DNA of 63,195 nucleotides, counting the filler, from Octopus bimaculoides (Eukaryota), in NCBI RefSeq assembly GCF_001194135.2. It is 7 parts of 7 records of this genome, joined end to end, with 100 filler letters (N's around TTAATTAATTAA, not from the genome) between each part and the next. Parts side by side here need not be neighbours in the genome. Positions count along the whole stretch, not along the records: positions 1 to 2,612 come from NC_069010.1; positions 2,713 to 15,172 come from NC_068994.1; 5 more parts are not named here. One strand, 5' to 3'. The notes under the pieces are model-generated. The model worked only from the letters and a program-made list of their open reading frames with translations, was not told where the DNA came from and searched no databases. Numbering within the stretch: position 1 is the first letter of the stretch; each line of letters starts with the position of its first letter. Below are positions 1 to 13,448 of the stretch, one piece after another. The position numbers were made by a program, and so were the translations under genes.

Positions 1-992
1 TATAGGTCAATAACACATTCTATTGTGTTAGCAGTGCACTTTTACATTACTTTTCTTTTACTCTTTTACTTGTTTCAGTCATTTGACTGTGGCCATGCTA
101 GAGCACCGCCTTTTAGTCGAGCTAATCGACCCCAGGACTTATTCTTTGTAAGCCTAGTACTTATTCTATCGGTCTCTTTAGCTGAACTGCTAAGTTACAG
201 GGATGTAAACACACCAGCATCGGTTGTCAAGCGAGGGGGGGGGGGACAAACACAGAAAAAAACAAAAAAAAAACACTGGTTTAAAGGTTAAGATAAAAAG
301 ACACTTGCTCAAGATGCCATGCAGTAGGATTCAACCTAAGATTTCATGATAAAATTCTCTCACTACTGCTATGTGAACTGAGAGTACTGTAAAATATAGT
401 GACTGCATAAAATACCTGCTGTGCATGTATACTGCAGTTGTCCTATAAGAAGACTGTCATTACTTCACCAATGTCAAGAGCCAGTAGTGTATATACAATA
501 CATGCATGCACACACACACACATACCTATACATACACCACACACACACACACACACACATATATATAGACATACATTCAGTAACATGCTCACACACACAC
601 ACCCAGTAGACACAGATATCAATATATACAGAGACAGCAGCTATCCACACAGACATTGAAATTACATACATACACGGATTCAGCAGTTACACACACTCAC
701 ACACACATTACAGTAATCCTACCCCATGGCTCATGTACACACACACACACACACACATATACATATATACATGTAGTAGATATAGATATATATATACTCT
801 TACATGTTTATGTAATAACTAAAAATAGCCACATTCCCAACACCTTGATTATCTATTACATATGTATACACACAAACGTGCACATACACATGCTCTGACG
901 TTCAGATGATTGCAAGAGGTATGTGTATAAATGTGTGTGTGTGTATGTATATATATATGTTTATATATATACATATATAAAAATTCTTTATA

Positions 993-1032
<40 letters not shown>

Positions 1033-2010
1033 AACACACCCTCACATATCTACATATATATGTATATATAGTATATATATATNNNNNNNNNNNNNNNNNN
1101 NNNNNNNNNNNNNNNNNNNNNNNNNNNNNNNNNNNNNNNNNNNNNNNNNNNNNNNNNNNNNNNNNNNNNNNNNNNNNNNNNNNNNNNNNNNNNNNNNNNN
1201 NNNNNNNNNNNNNNNNNNNNNNNNNATATATATAAATGTGTTTATTCTATGGTACAAAAACAAAGGATGTTAATACCTGCTCAAATTCCTTCCCAAGAAT
1301 TTCACTGAGAATGCCACCACCACCACCACTACCACTGCCCCACCCTCCCGGTGCACTACAGATGACAGCAGACACTAGCTATTTTACTATGCTACTGCTG
1401 CTGCTGTTGACGGTAGCGGTGGTGGCTGTCGGTGGTTCATTTCATATTTTGCTTTAAGCCTGCCAATGAGGATGTTTTGCTCAAGGCCTGATCTGACATA
1501 ATTCAGGGGCAACAAATGTGTAGCCATGTTTACCTCATGTCACACAAGGATGTGTATGTGTGTCATTTTTTTTTGTCTTTTAGAAAAACCAGAAATGTTG
1601 GATGTTAGTGCTCCAGCATGGCCAGAGCACTGCCTTGTTTTAGAGCTTTAGTCGAACGGATTTTGTGTATGTGCCAGTACCGCCTGACTGGCCTTCGTGC
1701 GGGTGACACGTAAAAGCACCCACTACACTCTCTGAGTGGTTGGTGTTAGGAACGGCATCCAGCTGTAGAATCTCTGCCAAATCAGATTGGAGCCTGGTGT
1801 TGCCATCCGGTTTCACCAGTCCTCAGTCAAATCGTCCAACCCATGCTAGCATGGAAAGCGGACGTTAAATGATGATGATGATGATGATGATGATTGTGTC
1901 TGTGTGTGACAGTGATTGAGATTTGCTCAGCAATCACAAGGTTCTGGGTTCCGCCCATCTTGGTTGACCATTTCTATAGTCTCAATCATGGCTATGGAAT
2001 TGGCACATGA

Positions 2011-2066
2011 GACTCCAGCTCACTGACTCCAGCTCACTGACTCCAGCTCACTGACTCCAGCTCACT
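2011..2066. repeat. 14-bp tandem repeat x4 (GACTCCAGCTCACT)
   Basis: Four exact copies inside a decayed CORE-like SINE. Confidence 0.95.
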
Positions 2067-3538
2067 GCATAGAGTGGCTGTCTGTGTGACATTTAAATTG
2101 CAGGTGCAGTCTAATTCCTGTTGAGGATTATCTTAAAGGTGCATGTGTCTCTATAATACTGAATCACATGCTAAAGATAAGCAGGCTGTTATGTCTGAGT
2201 ACACAACTGTGTGTGCGTGTGCATATATACTCACATCCATCTATCCATATCTATCTATCCATACACACACACACACACACATGGGGTATTTCCAGCATGT
2301 AAGATGAGGTGTATAACTGCTACTGTTGAGTTCAGAGATCCATATTGGGTAGCATCATCTAATACATACATACATAATCATCATCATCATTGTTTAACCC
2401 TTTCGTTACCAACCTGGTTAAAACTGCTTTTGGTTTTGTAGTACAAATGTCTTGTTTCCATAAGTTCTGAATTAAAATTTTCCACCAAACCTAAGTCAGA
2501 ATTTATGTTCCTAACATTGGCTACTCTTCAGGCCAACAATATCTTGATTAGATTAAATAATCCACAACCTTCCATGGTGAGAGTGGAGTGGTGTGTATAT
2601 GTACATATATATNNNNNNNNNNNNNNNNNNNNNNNNNNNNNNNNNNNNNNNNNNNNTTAATTAATTAANNNNNNNNNNNNNNNNNNNNNNNNNNNNNNNN
2701 NNNNNNNNNNNNTATATATATGTATGTATGTATGTATATATTTGTGTGTCTGTGTTTGGCCCCACCAACATCGATTGACAACGAATGCTGGTGTGTTTAC
2801 GTCCCCGTGACCTAGCAGTTCGGCAAAATAGACCAATAGAATAAATACTAGGCTTACAAAGAATAAGTCCTGGGGTTGATTTGTTCGACTAAAGGCGGTG
2901 CTCCAGCATGGCTGTAGTCAAATGGCTGAAACAAAAAAATAAAAGAATGTAATACATATATATATAATATAGTATACATAACACAACAATCATCAGCATC
3001 ATCATTTAACATCCATTTTTCCATGCTGGGAGCCTATGACTCTTAAGATTAGAACTCAAGAATGTCATGTGACTAAATAAATTGTAGGGAGGTGAACTGA
3101 AGAACTGAATTTCAAGACTGGCAGAGCTGTACTCCCAGAGAACCCTTGGAGACAGCTGAAGAGACTGTGGCTCCTCCATGAAGAAATGGTTCCACAATAT
3201 TTCAAGGCTGGCTGCTTGAATTATGTATGCAATGTTTGCCAATAGGTTGCCTCTGTTTCTGTCTACACATTTCCTCTCACAAAGTTTAGGGTGTAAATGA
3301 CAATTGCCAAAGGTACAACATAGCAGACTTAAATACAGGACCTTATGGCTTCAAAGTGAATCTCTCTCTCTCTCTCTCTCTCTCTCTATGAACTTGTATG
3401 AGTAAATATATGTTAACATACATACATACATACATGAATATGCTTATATATTTATGTATAATCATGTAAATATGCATTAACATATACATATGCACATGCT
3501 CACATGACATATACAGGCATGCACTTGCACACACACAT

Positions 3539-3599
<61 letters not shown>

Positions 3600-4449
3600 C
3601 ATGATACAAAGGACCTCCATATATATTCCTCAGCCTACTCTCTATTCTGTACTCTCTGTTACAGCCTCGATTCATACAGAGAGCTTCTTTCTTTCTGTAT
3701 TGCTATCAGGCAAACAGATCTGTTTTTTTTCTTCTGTTACTTTGTCCATTTTACAGTTTGATGTTTCAGCTAGTTTTCTAACTGAGACCAAAGTACATGA
3801 TACAACCATCTCCATATACTACATTATATATTTATATATATTCTTCATTACATCAATCTCTGTCTTCATTTCTCACAAAATTGTGCCATTTCACCCTCAA
3901 AGATTCTTTGCAATACTTTATTTTCAGGCTCTAAAACATTTATCTTTATTTTGTCTTCCCTGCTATGGCTCTCGTCCATATATTAAAATACTTTTCACTT
4001 GTGACATCTACATTTTCAAACAATTTGCCAATCTATGTGATTGCCATATATTTAAAAGCATTCCCATTGTTTGAATTCCTTAATCTCCTTTTAAATTCAG
4101 ATTCTAAAGACCCATTACTTTCTATAAAACTTCTAAGGTATTCAAATAAATTTATTCTTCTAATATGTGCCCATTCAAGGACACATTTCTCTTATTCTTT
4201 GGCTCAGCCTTCATAATTTTAGTTGTATTGATATTTAAGCCCATACTATTTGCTTCCTCTTTTCTGTATTGCTATCAGGCAAACAGTTCTGCTTTTTACT
4301 TTTGTTACATTGTCCATTTTATGGTTTGGTGTTTTAGCACCAAAGTACGACACAGCCATCTCCATATACTACATTATATATTTATATATACTCTTCATTA
4401 CTTCAAGTTGTATATCATATATTGCATTTTTTATGCATTTTTTTAATGT

Positions 4450-4790
4450 TTCTTTTCTAAACAAAGCAATGTCATCTGCATAATCAAAATCACCAAATAC
4501 TTCTTATAAATCTATTCAGTTCCTCTTTCACCTCTTATTGTTTCCTTTATGATGTATTTTATTAGAACAACAAACTAAAGAGATGATAGAACAACTCCTT
4601 GCAGCACTCCACTTCCAACTTTATTTTAGAGCTAACTGTCTATGCTTACATGATATTTACATCCCCATTCATTTGCACATATTAGTTTAACACACTTTTC
4701 CAGCAAGCCATACTAACACAATACTTTCCAAGCTGTTACTCTATTGACACTATCAAAGGCATTTTCAAAGTCTGAAAAACCTATTTTGTT
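4450..4790 (-). mobile_element. Decayed LINE reverse transcriptase fragment (RTE-like)
   Basis: Minus translation gives DFENAFDSVNR, GVLQGVVLSSL and YADDIAL (4468-4483), with stops. Confidence 0.75.
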
Positions 4791-4959
4791 TGTTTGTTTG
4801 TTTGCTTGTCTGTTTGTTTATGTGTATGTGTATGTGCATGCACTCACGTTTGTATGCATGCATGGTTTCTGTTTTTTCTTCCTTTTAATTTACAGTTAAT
4901 TTTCATTGGCCACCAGCTTTATCGCAAAAACGTTTTATTCATCGTCCTTTAACTCTTAA

Positions 4960-5600
4960 GGTCTTGCAAATTTATATTGTCCCAGATATTGCGATCATTT
5001 GTATTGTATGAATTAAGGATTTGCATTCTCTGCCCAAGATTCCAAGTAGAGCCATACTTTGCTCCAGACAGGTTGGTATGTGTCCTGTTGCCCCAGTAAT
5101 AATAGGTATGAAGCTAAAAGTGTGTTGTGGCTATTGGATTTGCAAACACCATAACAATGGACCATAGACATTTTCTTTCTCCTGTAATTTTATAACCACA
5201 TTAGTATCTGGAGGGTAGCTGATTTCCATAACAGCATATTTTTTTCTTGTGGTCCTACACAACAATATCTGATATATTGTGTTTTAACCTGGTGGCTGTT
5301 TTAATTTTCAAGTTCCACCAATATTCCTTTAACATAATATATCTCAGTATAGTCAAATTTGTCTGTTAGTATGCAAATCCTGTGAATGACAGCAGTTATA
5401 CATTTCCCAGATGCCTTCACTAAGCAGAATATCTTTGCCACTTGACTCTTCTAAGCTCTTCTAGGCCACCACTGGCCGGAATAGAGATAACAGACCTCTA
5501 ATGAAATCATTTGTTCTTAACAATATGTCTATACTTCTGGCTGCTTTTCGATAGTTATAAAAACAAGAACTCCCATAAGCTAAAGGCAGTTACTGAGAAC
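4960..5600 (-). mobile_element. R4/Dong-type (restriction-like endonuclease) LINE 3' fragment
   Basis: Minus translation across frameshifts: WWNLKIKT...HNISDIVV, EISYPPDTNV, SFIPIITGATGHIP. Confidence 0.6.
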
Positions 5601-5699
5601 AACCATCAGTGAATGTGAACATTATTATTGCACTTTCTTTATTTCATTCTTAAAAATTAAACATTTCATTCATATATGTATATATATACATATATACTA

Positions 5700-5942
5700 C
5701 ATTTATATATCACCTTTAAAATGCCATGACGCGTCAGAGTACTTTCTTGCCAACGTCCGAAAACCTCTCTCACCTACCTCCAACAATCTCTCCCTCCTCC
5801 AACTGACAGTTTTTTTGTACTTTTTCGTGACGAAAATACACCTTTTGTGGCAGTTATAACAAAATTGCTTTCATACATCAGAGTAATAAGGTGTTTCAAT
5901 AGAACATCTTTACCCCAGGGAATTACCGGGTACACCAGCTAA
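5700..5942 (-). mobile_element. Possible Helentron/HINE-like non-autonomous element
   Basis: The end reads (minus) TATTAGCTGGTGTACCCGGTAATTCCCTGGG beside a TA microsatellite, resembling the ACTAGC..CCCGG..CCCGGG termini of such elements. Confidence 0.3.
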
Positions 5943-5944
5943 TA

Positions 5945-5976
<32 letters not shown>

Positions 5977-7199
5977 GCTTACAAAAACGCACACACACAT
6001 ATATGCACGCACACACATGCATATTCATTTACATATATATGCCATATTTTATTTTTATAAAGGAAAGGTTGACAGTAACTTCAAAGATTCAGCTTAGTAG
6101 CCTTGTTATAGCTTTTATTAGAATGTATATTATTTTGGTTTTCCAAATCTTTTATATATTTATGGAGATTCACATTATGGCTGGAGCAATATTACTGCAA
6201 ACAGATAGTGTGTAACAGTGTAATTTTGTGGTAAAGAAACACACACACACACACACGCACACACACACATACAAACACACACACACACACACATGCATAC
6301 ACACACACATACACACTGTGATAAAACTTTATATGAATCAAAGGATGTACTCATTATAAATGCAGAGAGAAACATTGTACTGATATAGTTCCAATATAAC
6401 CTACAATATTAGTGATCACCAAATTAAGTGTTATATTGTTTTACATGTTTTTCCATACTTGCATGGGCTGCAGAAGACTTATATATACATATATATGTGT
6501 ATATATATCCAAGAAAGTAAGGAATGGGAAAAGTAAATAAGATTACATATGTTTCATAGCTAAATAATGTTTATTATATAACTTGTAATACACACAAAAC
6601 CTGCTTAACTAATCCAATTATCTTCAAATTTATTACATTGCCATGTGGAGATGACTAAATGATTCATGGCTAAGTTATTGAATCAAACTTGAGGATTAGC
6701 TAAACAGGTTTTGGGCGAGTTACAACTTATATACCAAACATCGTTTAGCTATGAAACATATGTAGTCTTTATTTACTTTTTCCATTCTTTATTTTCTTGG
6801 ATTTTTATTTGTATATTTAACAATTTTAGTTGTTAAATGGTGAACTTTATCAAAGTTTCCATTGATTTCAGTATGGGACAAAGTATATAACATACAATGA
6901 TTATTAAGCTCTCTGTATCATATATTGTCTCATCTTATCATCTATGCTAGTTGTGCACATCCTTCAAGCTTGCTAACTTCCTATACTAGGATCTTTTGGA
7001 TTGTACTACCTTATAACTCTGTGTGTGTGTGTGTGTGCGTGTGTGCGTGCGTGCGTGTGTGCATGTGTGTAAACTATGAAAATATTTCCAGTACTTGAAC
7101 ACATACAGAAAAGATGTTAAGAAGAAATATAATCTAAGAAAAACTATTTCTCATGGTGTGCTGTCAGTGGATATGAACTCTACATTATGACAATAAGAA

Positions 7200-8190
7200 A
7201 CAGATTTTTTTCAGTATCTATGATCTTGCTCGATATGTGGAAAAAGCACAGGTAGAAACTACATGCAATATACCTGGTGCAAGTTATGGACACATAGGAC
7301 ATGCAACAATACCTGGGGAAGGTTAAAAGCGAAAATAGTTTTTGTGTGTGGCAGATGTACAGGTACAATAAACACTACAAAAGTACAGAAAATAGACTCC
7401 ATCCAATGCCAGGGGGATACCTAGAAGTAGTTGATAGCTTCCATTTTCTACATGACCAAATCAGCAGTGGAAGTGGATGCTCCAGGAGCATACCTGCTAG
7501 AATAAGAATAGGCTGGGCAAAATTCATTTGTAGCAAAGAGCCTCTCCCTCAGAATAAAAGGCAGACTGTATGAAGCCTGTATGCAAACAGCTATGCTACA
7601 TGGCAGAGAAACATGACAATCAAGCATGTGTAGGCTTAAAAGAAATGAAGCTAGTATGCTTCGTTGGATGTGCAATGTCAGTGTGCATGTATGACATAGT
7701 GTGTCTTGAGAGAAAAACTGGGCATAAGAAGCATCAAATGTGTGCAAGAGAGATGAATGCACTGGTGTGGTCCTGTGATGTGTACGGACAAAGACAGTCA
7801 TGTTAAGAAGTGCTGATCTCTAACTGTGGAGGGAACCTGTGGAAGAGGTAGACCCAGGAAGACATTGGATGTGGTAGTGAAGCATGATCTTCGAATGTTG
7901 GGCCTCACAGAGGTGATGACATGTGACCGAGACCTTTGGCAATATGCTGTGCTTAAGATTTATCAAGCCAAGTGAAATTGTAGTCATGGCTGTTGTCAGT
8001 GTTAAGTAAATGGTACTCATGCCAGTGGTATGTAAAAAGCATCCGTTACACTCTTAGACTGGTTGTGTTAGGGAGGGCATCCAGCTGTAGAAACCGTGCT
8101 AAATCAGACTGGAGCCTAGTGCAGCTCTCTAGCTTACCAGTTCCAGTCTAACTATCTAACCCATGCCAGCATGGAAAGTAGATGTCAAAT
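7200..8190 (+). mobile_element. 5'-truncated RTE LINE with 3' UTR
   Basis: CSICGKSTGRN...CKLWTH...FVCGRC Cys cluster, LEVVDSFHFL...ARIRIGWAKF, GRGRPRKT, followed by the shared tail CCCATGCCAGCATGGAAAG...ATGAT. Confidence 0.8.
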
Positions 8191-8908
8191 AATGATTATA
8201 TATATATTTTCAAGGTTTCAAATTTGTATATTTAAAAGGATAGAGACTTTCAACACGGTCGGTTTTTTTCCATTTAATTAGTTATTTAGTATCTGATGTC
8301 AACATTTCTGTGCTCAACTCTATCAACGACTGATCCGTTGAATGTCTGACATTTCGCACTTCCTCAGGAATGGTTTCCATTAGAACAAATGACCCAAAAA
8401 CACAATTATCGATCAGAACAGATTATTAAAAATTATTTAACTATACCGTTTTCCGCCATGCTGTCTTGATTATAGTTTGATATACAGGGGAGGTACCTCC
8501 TTAATCTTTTCTATTGTTACCGCTCTCCTGTGAATGTCTACTAGATTAATTTATTTTATTTATTAATTTATTTATTAATTTATTTATTATTGACTATTGA
8601 TTATCCACGATAGGTAGGTTATTTTTGTTGCCCCTGGGAGGCTATCATTGCTATTATTTTATTTTACATTAGTACTGTGTCTCATTAGACACAGTACTAA
8701 TGTAAAANNNNNNNNNNNNNNNNNNNNNNNNNNNNNNNNNNNNNNNNNNNNNNNNNNNNNNNNNNNNNNNNNNNNNNNNNNNNNNNNNNNNNNNNNNNNN
8801 NNNNNNNNNNNNNNNNNNNNNNNNNNNNNNNNNNNNNNNNNNNNNNNNNNNNNNNNNNNNNNNNNNNNNNNNNNNNNNNNNNNNNNNNNNNNNNNNNNNN
8901 NNNNNNNN

Positions 8909-8950
<42 letters not shown>

Positions 8951-8955
<5 letters not shown>

Positions 8956-10344
8956 GGGGGAGGCCAGTTTATGGGGTTACCCCGGGTTTCTTGCTCATAA
9001 GAAGTTTAGCCTTATGGTGTATCTTCAGACCCCAAACACTGCTGGCCCAACACCTCTTCAAAATATGGAGGGGGAAATGCCTCACTATAAAGGTAATCAT
9101 CATCATCATCATCATCACTAGGTGATTATCTCCCTTTACCATTGGCCATCGAGCTTCGGCTGCACCACCATTTTGCAGTCCCCAAAGGACCACGAAGGTA
9201 AACGATTGTCTGGCTTTAGCTTTGACTATTGGCTTCCAGCTGTCGTGTCACCTTGTGGATTCCAAAAAGACAGGAGAAGTTTTCTAAAATGCAAGCAAGC
9301 TCCCCAGCACGAACGAGTCTTTTAGGATTCTTGTGCATTTGGCAATGCATAACCTGCAACATTTTGTCCTGTTGATGTAGGGGTCTGGGTTCTCAAGTAT
9401 TTTCCATGCAATCAAGTATGGTATCTTTTGTATCTTTTGTATCTTTTTGTATCTTGTTGCCAGATATGGCTGGCCAGCGATGTCACATCTCTCCTGTCCA
9501 TGACTCTGAGGGAAGACAAATGATTGGAGAGATGCTGTTTGACAGAATTCTCAGTGCATCCCACATATTTCTGTATGCGTGTGATGTCAGTGCACCTGTT
9601 GCTGTTGTAGGTGCTGCTGCTGTTGGTGCAGTTGCTGCTGCTGTCACTGATGCTACTGGTGGTGTTGGGGCTGCTGCTGTTGGTGTTGGCGTTGCTGGGG
9701 ATGGTGGTGTCAGTAATAATTTCGTCCCTGCATGTGTTGCCTGTGTTGCAGTTGTTGTTGTTGTTGCTGCTGGTGCTGGCATTACTGTTGTTGCTGTTGA
9801 TGTTGTTGTTGTTGTTGCTGCTGCTGGTGCTGCTGCCAGTGTTGTTGTTGTTGATGGAGTCGGGGCTGCTAGTGTTGTTGGAGCCAGGGTCGCTGGTGAT
9901 GGCAATGGTAGTGCTATCGCCATTGCCGGTTATGGAGGAGGCGCTGTTGCTGTTAATAATGTTGCTGCTGCAGTTGTTGCCATTATAGCCAGTGATGGAA
10001 CTGGACCTGTTGCTTCTGCTACTACTACTATAGTAGCTAACAGATCTGGCATCATGAACGTTGGGGAAGCTATTAGTAAGGCTGGTGTTGATGGTAATGC
10101 TGCTACTGTTGTTGTTAGGGATATTGTCTTCCATTGTGGAAGTGGTGGCAATGGCGGCTGTGTTACTGGCTCTGTTCTCATTCCTATAGCTGCTATTGCC
10201 TCTGCTGGTGTTAATAGCTTCCCTCTCTATATTTTGAAGAGGTCTTGGTTCAGCAGTGTTCGGGATCTGAAGATATGCTATAAGGCTAAACCATTTAAGA
10301 GCAAGAAACCCAGGGTAACCCCATAAACCAGCCTCCCCCATTAT
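8951..10344 (-). mobile_element. Composite element: ~128-bp imperfect TIRs enclosing a trinucleotide tract and a Penelope GIY-YIG fragment
   Basis: 8951-9078 and 10219-10344 are inverted repeats, about 85% identical by manual alignment. The minus strand at 9240-9600 encodes YVGCTENSVKQHLSNH..., then IPYLIAWKILE / RPYINRTKCCRLC and CLHFRKLLLS, with frameshifts. Confidence 0.65.
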
Positions 10345-10398
10345 AATATAACTGCTCTACATCTTAGAATGTGCTTTTCTTCTGAATTNNNNNNNNNN

Positions 10399-10478
<80 letters not shown>

Positions 10479-10853
10479 GAGCAAACTTTAGGTTAGTTAA
10501 AATATGCTTGTGACATATTTCAAGTTTTAAAGGCAATTTCACTGCAGTTACCTGGAGAAAAAAATCTCTCTTATGGTAAAAAGTTATAAAAGCACCATAT
10601 CTATCTAGTGCTGCTACCTGTCAGATTCCCAGATATCGATGTTTCCAACTCTTTAGCTATTATCAATGGAAAATAACAAAGAGAGGCAACTCTGGACAGA
10701 CCTAGTCAAAACCATGGCTTTAACTAAAATACAGTTGACATCATTGATTGATTTGTGCCAGTAGACAGCCAAGGTCATGAAAATTACTGAAATATCACAA
10801 GCAGTGATTAGGCATAATGGAACTTTAGGTTTGTAACATATCTCAAATATATC

Positions 10854-10901
<48 letters not shown>

Positions 10902-10907
10902 GTGTGT

Positions 10908-10979
<72 letters not shown>

Positions 10980-11699
10980 GTATGTAAATGTATGTATGTA
11001 TATATGTATGTATTTATATGTCTGTGTGTGCATGTATATATATATATACACACACACACACAAGTGAGTGGACAAATGAAAGAAAGGCACACAACACATT
11101 TATTGGGAGTTAGATGTATGGGTCAGAACAGTTTGATTCAAATTCATTGGTACTCCAAGTTTCAAAGTGGGATGCTAATCCTTAGTCATTGGGAATTTGA
11201 ATGAGAGTGCAGTTGAAGTTAGTACCAGAAGGTGGGCTGCAATTGTTTGAGAAAGGTCATGCTGTGTCACAATTTGATATTGGTGTTTCAGCAACAACAA
11301 TTACTTGGAAAATGGTGAACAGGAAATCAACTGCATGGTGGACAGAAAATTGGTTGCATGGTTGGAAGAGAAGTAAAAAGGGGCAGTGTGTGCAAGTATG
11401 TATGAATATATATATGTATGTATATGTGCTTATATGTCTGTGTGTGTGTGTGTGCCTGTATTAATGCAAGTGTGAGCTACTCCTGTTTAGATAACATTGC
11501 GTCTAACATCGCATGTATCAACAGAAATAAAAATGCACATGCACAACCCCCAACCCCAACCTATGACTGCTGAAACCCAACCGCTCACCCTCTAGAAGGA
11601 TCCTGCCTCTCAAGGGCCATATCATTTGGCATCATTAGGCACTATATAGGTATGACAGCCAATGACTTCAAGGGAAGATACTCCCAGCACTTGTACTCA

Positions 11700-12284
11700 T
11701 CCAAGACCACCATACAGTCACCATAATCTTTTGCTGATGCAACTTTGGCTTTAGGAAATGTTTGGGGGACTCATCACGATCAAGCCATTGACATGATCAT
11801 TTATGGTTATCATAAAAATTCCTCTTTTCATTACAAGTGACTATTCAGTCAAGAAAAGGATAATTGGTGTTTCACAGAAAGACCATCAAGCACACTTCAA
11901 AACGCAGAACTTTTTGATTTTCATTGTGCTCATGTGGTACCCATTTATCAAGCTTTTTCACCTTACCAATATTCTGCAGATTGCTTGAGACCATTGCAAT
12001 ACCGACACCAAGTGTATGACACATTTCTCTGACATTTTGATGTGGGTTTTATGTTCTACAATTGCTTTCGATTGTTCACTGTCAAGACTATATGACCGTC
12101 CTCTACCTTCTTCATCTTCAAAGCTCTCATCACCACTACAGAATTTCTGAAACCACCTTCGTACTGTGTGATCACTTGTGGACCTCTCTTTCCATGCTGT
12201 GTTGATATTGGCGGCAGTTTAGGATGCATTCTGCCCAAGCTTGAACTCATGCAAGAAAAGTAAGCAAAGGTCCTTTTTTGTCAT
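11700..12284 (-). pseudogene. Mariner transposase remnant (N-terminal half)
   Basis: MTKKDLCLLFLHEFKLG...TVRRWFQKFCSGDESFEDEEGRGR...KLDKWVPHE...KIMVTVWW, with stops and frameshifts. Confidence 0.85.
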
Positions 12285-12653
12285 GTTCATAATTAAGGGT
12301 GCCTATACTTCAAAAATGTTTTCTGCCTGAAATAAGTAGAAAATTATTAAAGAGCATACACCAATTATTAAGTATGTTGAAATTCACCTAAAATATTAAA
12401 ATATTATGATAAAATTACGTTTCAAAACACAACACTTAGAGCGGCCATTATTTTCGGAACAACCTAAAAAATAAATGGGCAGAAGATAAAATCAGAACAG
12501 TGATAAATGAATGAAGAATGAATACATAGTGTGTGTGTGTTTATTTGGCAAAAGAAAAAAAGATTTTTCTAGTTTTAACACCTAGTTTCACATCAGGAAT
12601 CTTACATCAGGAATCATTCATAAATGTATAAATGAATACATACATACATACAA

Positions 12654-13062
12654 CTAGAGGTAGTTGATAGCTTCCGCTATCTGGGTGACCAAGTTAGTAG
12701 TGGGGGTGGGTGCGCTGAAAGTGTAACTGCTAGAATAAGAATAGCCTGGGCCAAGTTTAGAGAGCTCTTACCCCTGCTGGCGACAAAGGGACTCTCACTC
12801 AGGGTAAAAGGCAGACTGTATGACGCATGTGTACGAACAGCCATGCTACATGGCAGTGAAACATGGGCTGTGACTGCTGAGGACATGCGTAAGCTCGCAA
12901 GGAATGAAGCTAGTATGCTCCGCTGGATGTGTAATGTAAATGTGCATACCCGTCAGAGTGTAAGTATCTTGAGAGATGGCTACACCAGTCCTCAGTCAAA
13001 TCGTCCCACCCATGCTAGCATGGAAAGCGGACGTTAAACGATGATGATGATGATGATGATGA
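12654..13062 (+). mobile_element. Younger RTE LINE fragment joined to the RTE-type tail
   Basis: LEVVDSFRYLGD...ARIRIAWAKFRELLPLL...AMLHGSETWA open for about 105 codons, then tail and (GAT)n. Confidence 0.85.
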
Positions 13063-13448
13063 TATATGTGTGTGTGTGTGTGTATACATTCTTTTATTCT
13101 TTTACTTGTTTCCTTTACTTGTTTCATGCTCGAGCACTGCCTTTAGTCAAGCAAATTGATCTCAGAACTTATTCTTTGTCAGCTTAGTACTTATTCTATC
13201 GGTGTTTTTTGCCGAACTGCTAAGTTTACCATGACATAGCTGTCATAACAAAAGAAATTTTCTCACAGACTGATGGTACGTGATTGTGTTTTTAAAAGAT
13301 TGATAAATTAGACACAATTTTACAGTGCTTATTTATACAATCCCGCAACAAACATAGATTTCTTTACCCAGATTTTAGATGGTATGTAATGTGTTTAATA
13401 ATTTTATTACTTGAAATAAATCTTACAGAACTATAACTGGAGCAAGAT

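Noticed and set aside
1800-1830. CTGAGGA-CTGGT-GAAAC on the minus strand
   Set aside because: No helix II, and other copies of this RTE tail (e.g. 60910) lack GAAAC.
2657-2668. TTAATTAATTAA embedded in N runs (also near 15217, 19005, 31703, 46487, 60827)
   Set aside because: An identical 12-mer centred in ~100-N gaps with stops in all frames: a scaffolding spacer, not biology. These gaps are probably unsized.
8990-9035. CTGAAGA...GCC ataa GGC TAAAC in the TIR copies
   Set aside because: Both copies read TAAAC rather than GAAAC, have extra bases before helix II, and lack helix I.
9406-10326. 306-aa Val/Ala/Gly-rich plus-strand ORF
   Set aside because: Antisense reading of a (GCT/GTT)n tract that lacks stops by composition. 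The same applies to the many YI, TH, CV and poly-residue ORFs and those spanning N runs.
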